Shown: positions 18,124 to 27,294 of the stretch, piece by piece | How the letters are laid out: each line of letters starts with the position of its first letter | Numbering within the stretch: position 1 is the stretch's first letter | Assembly (NCBI GenBank): GCA_963696985.1 | Contig: CAVOMG010000001.1 | Coordinates: 692,737 to 756,736, forward strand | Direction: 5' to 3' | From: an uncultured Thermoplasmata archaeon | GTDB taxonomy: Archaea > Thermoplasmatota > Thermoplasmata > Lutacidiplasmatales > UBA184 | DNA length: 64,000 nt | Program-made: the position numbers and the translations under genes | The notes under the pieces: generated by a model | Database searches by the model: none | The model's input: the letters and a program-made list of their open reading frames with translations, nothing else | Told to the model about the DNA's origin: nothing

Positions 18124-19059
18124 ATGCCGACGATCGAGGTTCATGACCTCTCGAAGCGCTTCGGCTCCGACCCCCGACGACCGGCGGCCCTCGAGGCGAT
18201 GAGCCTCCGGTACGACCGCCCCGGGGCGGTCGCCTGCCTGGGCCCGAACGGGGCCGGGAAGTCGACGCTCCTCAAGCTCTTGGTCGGTCTCCTTCGCCCC
18301 TCGACCGGGACCATCCTCTTGAACGGGATCGACCTGGCCGCGAGCCGGAAGGAGGCCCTCTGGGACGTCGGCGCGGTGATCGAGCGGCCGGAGCCATACC
18401 CCACCCAGACGGTGGGCGAATCGCTCCGGATGGTGGGCCGATTCCGTGGCCTCGGCAAGACCACGCTCGAGCCCAGGATCCGCGCGCTCGCCGAAGAACT
18501 CCACCTTCCCCCCCTCGAGGTCCGCAACGGGTCGCTCTCCAAGGGCCAGGGTCAACGGGTGGTCCTGGCGGCGGCGCTCCTCGCCGACCCCAAGGTCATC
18601 CTGCTCGATGAGCCGGAGAGCGGGCTCGACCTCGCCGAGCGGGTGATCCTCCGTCACCTCCTTAAACGTCTTCGAACCGACCACCTCCTCCTGCTCTGCT
18701 CCCACAATCTCGGTGAGGTCACCCAGACCTGCGATGAGCTCATGTTCCTCGATCATGGCCGCCTCGTACTGCGGGCCCGCACCGAGGAGGTCCTCGCGCG
18801 GGTCCGGGCCCGGGAGGTCGATGTGGAGTTTGCCCAGCCGGTCGCCCGAGATCGCCTCCAAACGCTCGCCCCCGGTCTCGAATCGGTGACCGCGGTGTCC
18901 GAGCGCCGGTTCCGACTGACCTTCGATGGCTCCGACCGGACCCGCGCGGAACTGCATTCGGCGTGCGCCCGGCTGGGACCCTTGGTGAGCTTTTCGAACA
19001 CCTCCCTCCTCCTCGAGGAGGCGTATCTAGGTCTCATTTCATCCGGGGAGGCCGGCTAG
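18124..19059 (+). CDS. ABC transporter ATP-binding protein
   Basis: Walker A GPNGAGKST, signature LSKGQGQRV, Walker B ILLDEPESGLD. ATG at 18124. Confidence 0.9.
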   Translation: MPTIEVHDLSKRFGSDPRRPAALEAMSLRYDRPGAVACLGPNGAGKSTLLKLLVGLLRPSTGTILLNGIDLAASRKEALWDVGAVIERPEPYPTQTVGESLRMVGRFRGLGKTTLEPRIRALAEELHLPPLEVRNGSLSKGQGQRVVLAAALLADPKVILLDEPESGLDLAERVILRHLLKRLRTDHLLLLCSHNLGEVTQTCDELMFLDHGRLVLRARTEEVLARVRAREVDVEFAQPVARDRLQTLAPGLESVTAVSERRFRLTFDGSDRTRAELHSACARLGPLVSFSNTSLLLEEAYLGLISSGEAG

Positions 19060-19075
19060 TGCTGGAACGCCCACC

Positions 19076-19711
19076 ATGGTGAACGCCACGCCGGTCGGAC
19101 CCGCGCCCCCTCGGGGGAGCCGTCGAGGCGTCGCCCTCCCGCGATACCTCGGGAGCCTGTATCTTCTCGCGCTCCTCGGAGTCGCCTTCCTGTCGATGGG
19201 CCTTTACGCGAACGCGATCTCGAGCGTCCCCCCTCCGAGGACCGGGTCGACCCCGGTCCTCGTCGGACTTGCCCCGCCCGTGGTCGGGACGGTACCGTGC
19301 GGGAACGCGACGACGCTCCACTCGGAGACGATCGGCTGGACGAACGCGACGGGCAACTTGACCACGGCCGATGTCTACGTCAAGCTCGTGGAGCTCGTCG
19401 ATTCCGACTTCATCGGCGCGCGGGACCCTCCCGCGCAGGTGACCAGCTCCAACGTCTGCGCCGGCGACCCCCCCATGGGGGCGTTCGACTGGTACGTCGC
19501 CCTAGGCGCGCCCCACGGCGGGTTGTTCCTCGCGGTCTTCTCCTACCTCAACGGCTGGGCGGCCGTCGAGGGCGGCCCCACTCCCGCCCCGATCGCCGAC
19601 GGTTCGAGTCTCACGCTCGTCTCCCGCCACTCCTTCTCGAACAATGGCTACGGGCTTTTGATAGAGGGCTCGGTGGGCGGCCCGACGGTGCATGGAGAGG
19701 TGACGCTGTAA
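19076..19711 (+). CDS. hypothetical membrane-anchored extracellular protein
   Basis: N-terminal TM/signal anchor (LGSLYLLALLGVAFLSMGLYA), N-x-S/T sequons, no recognised family. Tightly packed in the ABC operon. Confidence 0.6.
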   Translation: MVNATPVGPAPPRGSRRGVALPRYLGSLYLLALLGVAFLSMGLYANAISSVPPPRTGSTPVLVGLAPPVVGTVPCGNATTLHSETIGWTNATGNLTTADVYVKLVELVDSDFIGARDPPAQVTSSNVCAGDPPMGAFDWYVALGAPHGGLFLAVFSYLNGWAAVEGGPTPAPIADGSSLTLVSRHSFSNNGYGLLIEGSVGGPTVHGEVTL

Positions 19712-19712
19712 G

Positions 19713-21044
19713 ATGGACGGACCGATCCGCGCCGAGCGTCCAGGGAGGGGGATCGGGTTCGCGCGTGCCCGAGAAGAGGCTCCCGGACGGGCTCGGCCTC
19801 CCGCGCCTCGCCGTGGGGGTGGCCCCCCCCTCGCGATCGGCCTCGCGATGACGCTCTTGGCCGGGGCCTGGCTCGGCGGCCCCTCGAGCCTCCTCTTGGG
19901 GGCCGATCGCGGAGCCGTACTCGCCCCGGACGCTCCGTATGCCTCGATCCCGCCGGACCGGCACGGTTGGACGAACGTGACGGCGGTCACGCGGGAACCC
20001 TCCCCCGCGCTCGAGTCGTACAGCATGGCCGTGGTCGACGGGACGAGCGAGACCGCGATGGTCTTCGGAGGCGTCGGAGCGCATGGCAATGTCACCTCGA
20101 CCACGTGGATCTACGATGATGGCAACTGGGAGGACATCACGCCGGTGATCAACGGGAGCTCGCCCCCGCCGCTCTACGACGTTAACCTCGCCTTCGATGC
20201 GAGCACGGGCTACCTCCTCTTGTTCGGTGGCCGGACCGGATCGGGTTCGCCGTACAACGGTACGTGGGAGTGGTCGTACGCGGGCTACCACTGGACGGAG
20301 CTCCACCCCCCGACCTCACCCCCCGCCGAGAGCGGCGGGGAGATGGCGTATGATCCGTCGAGCGGCTCGGTGGTGTTGATCGACCCCGCCTCGAACCTGA
20401 CCTGGCTCTGGCGGGCCGGCGACTGGACCGCGGAATCCCTGATGCCATCACCGGGGATCCGGACCGGGGCGGTCATGGTGACCGACTCCAACGCCTCGGA
20501 CGTGCTCCTCTTCGGCGGGACGCCCGTGAACGGAGGACCCCAGCTCAATGACACTTGGACGTTCGCCGGGGGCCGCTGGACCGAGCTCCCGGGGGTCGGC
20601 GCCCCGCCGCCTTTCCGGAACGCGAGCGCCACGGACGACCCGTTCCTCGGCGGCGTTTTCCTCGTCGGGAGCGTCGCCGGCGGGACGACCGAAACCTGGA
20701 GCTACACCAGCCTCGGTTGGCGGGAGTACGCCCCCAGCCCGTCCGACCCTCCGCCCCGCCTCGGGGCGACGCTCGCCTTCGACTCTTCGGGAACCGCCGT
20801 CCTCTGCGGCGGGGTGGATCCCGACAACGGCCTCCTCCGGTTCGACTGCTGGACCTGGGGGGTCGCCTACATCCCCCCGAACCCCGGAGGGAACGCCCCG
20901 CCGCTCACCGCGGAGGTCGAAGGCGTGGCAGTGGTCGTCGTGGTCGTTCCGCTGGCCATCGCGATCTACCTCGGCCTTCGACCGCGCCGGCCCGACCTGA
21001 GTCGGGTCCCAGCCCCGGCCGCTTCTGCGGAGCCCGCCGCGTAG
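19713..21044 (+). CDS. Kelch/galactose-oxidase-type beta-propeller protein with C-terminal TM anchor
   Basis: Repeated blades of the form ...LLFGG....G...NDTW.F..G.W.EL... (for example LLLFGGRTGSGSPYNGTWEWSYAGYHWTEL; VLLFGGTPVNGGPQLNDTWTFAGGRWTEL). C-terminal VAVVVVVVPLAIAIYLGL followed by RPRRP. Confidence 0.75.
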   Translation: MDGPIRAERPGRGIGFARAREEAPGRARPPAPRRGGGPPLAIGLAMTLLAGAWLGGPSSLLLGADRGAVLAPDAPYASIPPDRHGWTNVTAVTREPSPALESYSMAVVDGTSETAMVFGGVGAHGNVTSTTWIYDDGNWEDITPVINGSSPPPLYDVNLAFDASTGYLLLFGGRTGSGSPYNGTWEWSYAGYHWTELHPPTSPPAESGGEMAYDPSSGSVVLIDPASNLTWLWRAGDWTAESLMPSPGIRTGAVMVTDSNASDVLLFGGTPVNGGPQLNDTWTFAGGRWTELPGVGAPPPFRNASATDDPFLGGVFLVGSVAGGTTETWSYTSLGWREYAPSPSDPPPRLGATLAFDSSGTAVLCGGVDPDNGLLRFDCWTWGVAYIPPNPGGNAPPLTAEVEGVAVVVVVVPLAIAIYLGLRPRRPDLSRVPAPAASAEPAA

Positions 21045-21074
21045 TCGACGATCGGATCCCCGGGGCGGGACCCC

Positions 21075-22973
21075 TTAAGCCCCGCCGATCGCCACATGGG
21101 CGATCAGCACGGTCGCGAGCAGGAGCGCCCCGACCGCGAACGACCGGGCGAGCCTTGGCAGGAGCTCGGCCTCCGGGCGCGACCAGCTTCCTCGAGGGCC
21201 CGCCCCCTCGGCGGAGGCGACGACGGTCGCCGACCCAGCCGCACCCCTTCGTTCCGGCCCCGCCGTCTCCGGGAGGAGCAGACTCCCACCTCCCACCAGG
21301 AAGGCCGTCCCGACGCCTCCGAGCACGAATCCGGCGAGGCCGACTGGTCCGAACAAAAGACCGAGCACGAGCAGCCCGTCGGCCACGAGCAGGATCCGGC
21401 CGGACCGGCCACCGAGCGAGACCACGGTCCGGTTGACGAACGCCGCGGCGATGACCGCCCCGACGAGGAGGCCGAGCAGGAACACGGGATCCGCCAGGGT
21501 AAGTTTCGGATCGTACACGGCCGGGGGAATCCCTTCGCGGCTGGGCACCACGGCCACGAGGGCCAACAGGGCCGCGGCCCCTACGCTCGCCGAGGCGGCG
21601 ATCGAGAACGCGGGCCCCAGGGCGACCGTTCGGGGATCCGCGCCCGTTCCGACGGGATCGACCGCTCTCGGGGACCCGCCCGCCGCCGAGACGACGGTCT
21701 CCCGTCCCTCATCGAAGACCCACGATGACGACGATAACCAAGCGGCGGTCGGGGCCCAGGAGGCGAAGGAGATCGCCACGAAGCCGAGCCCAACCCCGCC
21801 GATCGAATCCTCGAACCCAAGCGCTCCGGGCCCGGGGGTGCCCGCGAACCAGAAGGCTCCGAGGAGGCCGAGGAGGACCACCGCAGCGAGTCCGAGAGCT
21901 CCGGTCGAACCCCGCAGGATCGGCGATCGCCCGCGGCGGGCAGCCTCGGTTCCCGAAGTCGACCCCAGGACGCGTCGATCGGGGGTAAACAGTACCCAGA
22001 GGGAGACCAGCTCGACCATCACGGCCCCCAACGCGACCGGGACCCAAAGTCCGGTCTCCGCGCCACCGGCGACGATCGACGCCGAGGTCGCGCCTAGGAG
22101 GCCGGTGGCGATTGATATCCCGATCCCGGAACGGTATCCTTCGGTCCCGGGCGATCCGCGGAGGACCCCAGCGATCGCACTGGCGAGGAGGCTCCCAACC
22201 ACCCCCACCGCCGCGACCAGCATCGGCAGGAGGAGGGCGTTCGAAAAAAGGAACCAGCTGAGCGGGGTCTCTGCGATGATCAGCGTGGAGGCCCCGAGGC
22301 CCAGCGCCAGCAGTTCGTAGGCGCCCAGGGTGACGGCGGGGAGGGGCGTCCGGCCGGGGGATCGAGCCGCTCCCCCCGTGGGCGTTTGGTCGCGTCGAAC
22401 GCCCATCGCGCGACCCGGGCCATCGTCCCGCATCAGGGAAACGACCACGGAGGTCGAGAGCGTGCCGGCGAGGAACGCGGCGATCGCCACCGGGGCCACG
22501 TCGGTCGATTCGAAGACGCCCACGAACGCGCAGATCGCCGCGCCCCCGGAAAGGGCCGCCAGGGTTCGCCCGGCCGCCGAGGCGCGGGCGGCCGCCCGCC
22601 CGGGGAGACCGGCGAGGAGGGCGTCGCCCACCTCCTCGGGCGCCGTGGCGCCGATGAATCCCGAGGCGAGGTCGAGTCCGATCGCGGGCAGCGCGCCGAG
22701 CAGGAACCCGAACACGACCCGTTCGGCCGCAGCGCCCGGATCGAGGAGGGAGACGAGCCCGCCCGCAACCCCCGACGCCGCGACGACCGCCCCCAGACCG
22801 AGAGCCTTCGCCCCCATCCATCGCCGCCAGGGGCCCGGCGCACGGTCGCCCGAAGGGGGATGCCGCCGGCGGTGCTCGGCGATCCTGGACGGGATCTCGA
22901 ACAGGCCGACGGCGAGGGCCGCGACCCCCATCAGAAGGGCGGCGCTTTCCACGCCGGCGCTCGTTATGGCCAT
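21075..22973 (-). CDS. large polytopic membrane protein, function unknown
   Basis: About 632 aa from ATG 22973 (MAITSAGVESAALLMGVAALAV...). Ala/Gly/Leu-rich with 14 or more predicted TM helices. No catalytic motifs recognised. Confidence 0.6.
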   Translation of the reverse strand: MAITSAGVESAALLMGVAALAVGLFEIPSRIAEHRRRHPPSGDRAPGPWRRWMGAKALGLGAVVAASGVAGGLVSLLDPGAAAERVVFGFLLGALPAIGLDLASGFIGATAPEEVGDALLAGLPGRAAARASAAGRTLAALSGGAAICAFVGVFESTDVAPVAIAAFLAGTLSTSVVVSLMRDDGPGRAMGVRRDQTPTGGAARSPGRTPLPAVTLGAYELLALGLGASTLIIAETPLSWFLFSNALLLPMLVAAVGVVGSLLASAIAGVLRGSPGTEGYRSGIGISIATGLLGATSASIVAGGAETGLWVPVALGAVMVELVSLWVLFTPDRRVLGSTSGTEAARRGRSPILRGSTGALGLAAVVLLGLLGAFWFAGTPGPGALGFEDSIGGVGLGFVAISFASWAPTAAWLSSSSWVFDEGRETVVSAAGGSPRAVDPVGTGADPRTVALGPAFSIAASASVGAAALLALVAVVPSREGIPPAVYDPKLTLADPVFLLGLLVGAVIAAAFVNRTVVSLGGRSGRILLVADGLLVLGLLFGPVGLAGFVLGGVGTAFLVGGGSLLLPETAGPERRGAAGSATVVASAEGAGPRGSWSRPEAELLPRLARSFAVGALLLATVLIAHVAIGGA

Positions 22974-23253
22974 CGGCCCTCTCGCGTGGCCGAAGCGCGC
23001 CGATGAATCGGCCCGCGGTTTCGGGGCGGTGCGGGCTTCCAGCGGGCGTGGGGGCCCTGAACGGCGATGGGCGACCCGCCACGTCCGGCCAACCGGGGCC
23101 CCAGATCCACCATCCGGCAGGATGCTCCGTCGGGATCGAGGTGGGTCCCGGAGAATAAGGATGCCCTTCGACGGCCCATCGGCCATCCGGCGGTGGCCCT
23201 GCGGAGCCGGCATTCGGACGGGACTCGCGAAGGCCCGCCGAGTTTTCCTCAGG

Positions 23254-23359
23254 TCCCGGCTGCCTGACTCGAACAGGCGACCTGAGGATATCTACGGGGG
23301 CCGCCGGTTTCCGGCGGTCGCTACTACAGTCCCCCGCTCTACCACTGAGCTAAGCCGGG
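23254..23359 (-). tRNA. tRNA-Tyr (anticodon GTA) with a 34-nt intron at the canonical 37/38 position
   Basis: Acceptor CCCGGCT/AGCCGGG (C1-G72, the archaeal Tyr identity pair), D arm GCTC-AGTGGTA-GAGC, anticodon stem GGGGA/TCCTC. Loop CTGTAG[34 nt: TAGCGACCGCCGGAAACCGGCGGCCCCCGTAGAT]A. T arm GCCTG-TTCGAGT-CAGGC, discriminator A. Confidence 0.85.
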
Positions 23360-23383
23360 ACGAGGTGTGAGAACGTTGGGGGT

Positions 23384-23392
23384 CCTATAAGG
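23384..23392 (-). promoter_or_regulatory. TATA-like box for tRNA-Tyr
   Basis: On the minus strand, ccttatagg is centred ~27 nt upstream of the tRNA 5' end (23359). Confidence 0.45.
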
Positions 23393-23400
23393 CTTGGTAA

Positions 23401-24100
23401 GAATTTGGCTGCCCAGTTTCTGGTTGTCTTGACCGCCCGCTCGGACTCGCCCGCCTCGCAACCCTGTCCACAAGCGAGACAATCGACGCACCTCGGTTCT
23501 TGATCCGTTCACTCGACCGCCTCGCGCGGGCGCAGCGTCAGCTCGCCCGGAAACGGCTGGGTTCGCACCGTCGCGAGCGACAGCGCTTGCGAGTCGTCGA
23601 ATGCTTTGCGAAGATCCGACGCCAACAAAGGGATTTCGCCCACAAAGTGACCTCGCGATGGGCGGCTCGCCACGACCTGATCGCCTTCGAACACCTCGAT
23701 GTGACGAGGATGATTCGAGGTTCGTTCTCGCGGTCGTTCTCCGACGCGGGGTGGGGGATGCTGCGCGAAATGTGCCGGTACAAAATGGCGCTGCGGTCCA
23801 GGCGGTATCTTGAGGTCGACGCGGCCGGAACGACGCAGACTTGCTCTCAGTGCAGTCGGAGGGCGAACCCGCCCATCCGACTAGAGGATCGACGGTTTGA
23901 GTGCCCAGCGGGTCACCGGATGGATCGAGACCTGAATGCCGCTCTAAACGTCCTCGGACGGGGACGTCTCGAGGTAGGTGGGTAGCCCACCGAACTAGCG
24001 TGCGGGGAGAGGACGCCTCCACCGAGGAAGTTGGGCCGAACGGCCCATCAACGTCGGCGACCGGCTTCCGTGAGCCGCGAAAAGAGTCTCACCCGACGGG
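23401..24100 (+). pseudogene. tnpB: TnpB (IS200/IS605-IS1341 family RNA-guided nuclease) remnant: N-terminally truncated and frameshifted
   Basis: The frame is open only from 23401 (after TAA 23398-23400). It retains RuvC-II (LIAFEHLDV), the zinc ribbon (CSQCSRR...FECPAGH) and RuvC-III (DRDLNAALNV). WED/REC and RuvC-I are absent. The usual C-terminal tail (..VRGEDAS...GFREP..) continues in another frame after 23985. Confidence 0.8.
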
Positions 24101-24213
24101 AAGAGGACCGAGTGGAGAGGGGGGAACCCCACTGCACTGTTCCTTCACCTCAAGGGTGAACGCTTACTAAGGCTCCTTGCGCCCTGTCGGAACCAGCTCT
24201 CGGGCAGTGGGCT

Positions 24214-24843
24214 TCAGCCAATGACACGGCGGATCCGGGCGGCGACCTCATCGGGGCTCCCCGTCGCATCGATCGGCGAGAGGACATGCCGGCTCTCGTA
24301 GAATGCGAGGAGGGGGGCTGTCTCCATGCGGTAGACCTCGAGACGGGTGCGGGCGGCCGTCTCGTGATCGTCGGAGCGCTGGATCAGCGGCTCCCCCTCC
24401 CGGTCGCATCGCCCGGGGATCTTCGGGGGCCGGGTCACGAGGTTGTAGACCGTCCCGCACTTCGGGCAGCTCCGGCGGGCGGTAAGGCGGGTCAAGAGCT
24501 CGGCCTCGGGGATCTCGAACGAGACGACGCGCTCCACCGGTGCGATCCGGTCGAGGGACTCCGCCTGGGCGACGTTGCGCGGGTACCCGTCGAGCAGGTA
24601 GCCGCTTCGAGCGTCCGGCTCGGCGAGCCGTTCCCCGAGGATCGCGAGCACGAGCTCATCCGGGACGAGGCGCCCGGCCCTCATATACCGGTCCGCCTCC
24701 TTCCCGAGGGCCGTCCCTTCCCGCACCGCCTCCCGGAGGAGGTCGCCCGTCGAGAGATGGGGGACTCCAAGGGCGCCGGCGATCCAGCTCGACTGCGTCC
24801 CCTTGCCCGAACCCGGCGGTCCGAGGAGGACGATGCGCGGCAT
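24214..24843 (-). CDS. adk: adenylate kinase (long-lid, zinc-finger type)
   Basis: P-loop GPPGSGKGTQ, LLDGYPR, lid CPKCG...GRCD, RSDD. Confidence 0.95.
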   Translation of the reverse strand: MPRIVLLGPPGSGKGTQSSWIAGALGVPHLSTGDLLREAVREGTALGKEADRYMRAGRLVPDELVLAILGERLAEPDARSGYLLDGYPRNVAQAESLDRIAPVERVVSFEIPEAELLTRLTARRSCPKCGTVYNLVTRPPKIPGRCDREGEPLIQRSDDHETAARTRLEVYRMETAPLLAFYESRHVLSPIDATGSPDEVAARIRRVIG

Positions 24844-24869
24844 GGCGGCCCAAGCCGTCGAGGGTCCCT

Positions 24870-25601
24870 TTAACCTGCGCGGTCCGCGGGGGCGTCCCCC
24901 ACGTGCGTCCCTCGGAACCCCCGGCCGAGGATGGCCGCCTCCAGGTTCGGAAGGTCGCGTCCGTCGACGATGGCGATCGGGATCTGGGCCCGGGTGAGGG
25001 CGTCGGCGGCCAGCCGGTCGAACAGGAACTCCTGACCGGCCTCGCCGGAGCTCCCGCGTTGGACCACGGAGCGAAACTCGGCAAAGCCGATCCGGTCGAT
25101 GCGCCGGGCACCGGGGTGGGTGCGGGGATCGGCGTCGAAGAGGCCGTCCTCCCGCGTCGCGTTGACGAATCGGGCGGCGCGGAGCCGGACGGCGAGAAGG
25201 GCCGCCACCCCGTCCGTGGTGTGCCCGGGCTCCGTCCCGCCGAGGATCACGGGGGAGGTCCGGTGCACCTCTCGGACCGCTTCCGCGACGGTCGTCGGCG
25301 GGGTCGCCGGGGTCGGGGGGCCGATCCGGGCCGCGAGCAGACGAGCGTGGAGCCGGGTCACCTCGATCCCGACCTCGTCGAGTTCGACCTCGGTCAGACC
25401 AAGCGCCCGGCCGAGCCGGATGTACTCGCGCGCCGTCCGACCCCCGCCGGTCGTGACCACGAGGGGGAAACCCCGGCCGAGCCGCTTGAGGAGATCGGCG
25501 AGGGCGGAAATGTACTCGGCGTCGTCGGAACCAGTGGTAAGGACCGATCCACCGATCGAGACCGCGACGGCGGGCGGACGCAGTTCCTCGCTCGGGGGCA
25601 C
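24870..25601 (-). CDS. pyrH: uridylate (UMP) kinase, archaeal type
   Basis: Amino-acid kinase fold motifs: AVSIGGSVL, VVTTGGGRTAREYI, VILGGTEPGHTTDGVAALLA. GTG start proposed at 25601; the ORF-track extension to 26156 is junk. Confidence 0.85.
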   Translation of the reverse strand: MPPSEELRPPAVAVSIGGSVLTTGSDDAEYISALADLLKRLGRGFPLVVTTGGGRTAREYIRLGRALGLTEVELDEVGIEVTRLHARLLAARIGPPTPATPPTTVAEAVREVHRTSPVILGGTEPGHTTDGVAALLAVRLRAARFVNATREDGLFDADPRTHPGARRIDRIGFAEFRSVVQRGSSGEAGQEFLFDRLAADALTRAQIPIAIVDGRDLPNLEAAILGRGFRGTHVGDAPADRAG

Positions 25602-25691
25602 GCCGGGACCTACGCCCCCGGGGCCATCTCCCTTTCGCCGGGGGAAGGGCGCTTCGGCACGCTTATCTGGGCGCCCGCCCCCGAGCCGGCG

Positions 25692-26390
25692 ATGGGGCCC
25701 GACGTCGAACTCGCGAAGCAGGCGGCCGCCCGGGCCGCGGCCGCGGAGGTCGAGCGGGGCCAGTGCCTCGGCCTCGGGACCGGGACCACGGCCGCCTACG
25801 CGGTCCGGGAGGTCGCTCGGCGGTTCCCCGACGGAGGCGGGTTCGAGTGCGTGGCGAGCTCGGCGGCCACCGCAGCCCTCGCCCGGTCGCTCGGACTTTC
25901 GGTCCGGGACCTCGCCGCCGGCGACGAGTTCGATCTCATGCTCGACGGGGCCGACGAGGTGAGCGACCGTCTCGATCTCACGAAGGGAGGCGGCGGGGCC
26001 CTCTTCCGAGAGAAACTCCTCGCCCGGAGAGCCCGGCGGCTCCTCATCATGGTCGACCCTTCGAAGCTGGTCCCGAGGCTCGGCACCCGCTCCCCGATCC
26101 CGATCGAGGTCGTCCCGTTCGCCCGCCCCGTGGTCATCGAGGAGCTCGAGAAGCATGGGCTACCGGCCCAGGTCCGGATGTCCCCGGACGGGAAAGGGAC
26201 GTTCCGGTCCGACAACGGGCTCGAGATCCTGGATCTCCGACCCCCGACGCCGATCGAGTCGCCCGGCCCGCTCGACTCCGAGATCCGGGGGATCGCCGGG
26301 GTCCTCGAGACGGGCCTCTTCGTGGGCCTCGCCGAAAGGGTGTACGTGGGCCACGCCGACGGTTCCGTGGACGAGCGCCGCCGTCGGTAG
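25692..26390 (+). CDS. rpiA: ribose-5-phosphate isomerase A
   Basis: LGLGTGTTAAYAV, DGADEV...LTKGGGGALFREK, IPIEVVPFA. ATG at 25692. Confidence 0.9.
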   Translation: MGPDVELAKQAAARAAAAEVERGQCLGLGTGTTAAYAVREVARRFPDGGGFECVASSAATAALARSLGLSVRDLAAGDEFDLMLDGADEVSDRLDLTKGGGGALFREKLLARRARRLLIMVDPSKLVPRLGTRSPIPIEVVPFARPVVIEELEKHGLPAQVRMSPDGKGTFRSDNGLEILDLRPPTPIESPGPLDSEIRGIAGVLETGLFVGLAERVYVGHADGSVDERRRR

Positions 26391-26473
26391 TGGGCGCGAC
26401 CGGGATCGCGCTTTCCCCGGGCGCTATCCTTATTGAGACGACCCGGCTCCCCGACTTCCCCGTTCGGGGACGG

Positions 26474-27266
26474 ATGGCATCGATGCAGGGCAAGTTCGTC
26501 AAGACCCGCGTGGAGAACAATGTCGGCTACATCGAGATCGCGAAGGGGAAGGCGAACACCTACGACATCCACATGATGCGGGAGCTCGACGAAGCCATCG
26601 AGGAGCTCCGCTTCGATGAGAACGCCCGGGTGCTGGTACTCGATGAGTGGCCTCCCGGGGTTCTTCAGCGCCGGCGCGGACATCGAGATGCTCAAGGGGA
26701 GCCAGCCGGACTTCAAGGCGATGTTCTGCCTGCACTGCCAGGAGACGCTCAACAAGTTCGCCTCGACCCCGAAGGTCGTCCTCGCCGCCATCAACGGCCA
26801 CTGCGTCGGGGGCGGTCTCGAGATCGCCCTCTCGACCGACATCCGTCTGATGGCGAAGGACTCGGGCAAGATCGGCTTGCCCGAAGTGACGCTCGGCGTG
26901 CTCCCCGGGACCGGAGGGACCCAGCGGCTCCCGCGGGTCGTCGGGACCTCCCGGGCGCTCGACATGATGATCACGGGGAAGCTCCTGACCCCGGAGGAGG
27001 CCCTCCAGATCGGGCTCGTCAACTACGTCTTCCCGAAAGAGTCGTTCGCGAAGGACGTCGACCAGTACGCCCAAAACCTCGCCCACGGCCCGGCCCGTGC
27101 GATCTCGCTCATCAAGCGGTCGGTGCTCGAGGGCGTTGAGATGCCGCTCGTCGCAGGGCTCGCCCTCGAGCGCGAGCTCCAGAACCGACTCTTCGTTACC
27201 GAGGACGCCAAGGAGGGGCTGAGCGCCTTCGTCGAGAAGCGCAAGCCCAACTTTAAAGGTCGGTAA
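26474..27266 (+). CDS. enoyl-CoA hydratase/isomerase (crotonase) family protein; frame broken near 26641-26650
   Basis: N-terminal part: MASMQGKFVKTRVENNVGYIEIAKGKANTYD...ENARVLVLDE. The C-terminal part in the next frame has the oxyanion-hole motifs FFSAGADI and NGHCVGGGLEIAL and ends ...AFVEKRKPNFKGR. Confidence 0.85.
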
Positions 27267-27294
27267 GGCCTAGGAAGGTCGAACGGAGCTCGCC

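Noticed and set aside
21075-22973. Faint resemblance of the 632-aa membrane protein to H+-translocating pyrophosphatase (length, many TM helices, segments such as ...VGVFES... and GPAFSIAASASVGAAALLAL).
   Set aside because: None of the diagnostic acidic motifs (DVGADLVGK, DNVGDNVGD, GDTVGDP) are present. The similarity is within what Ala/Gly-rich TM sequence gives by chance.
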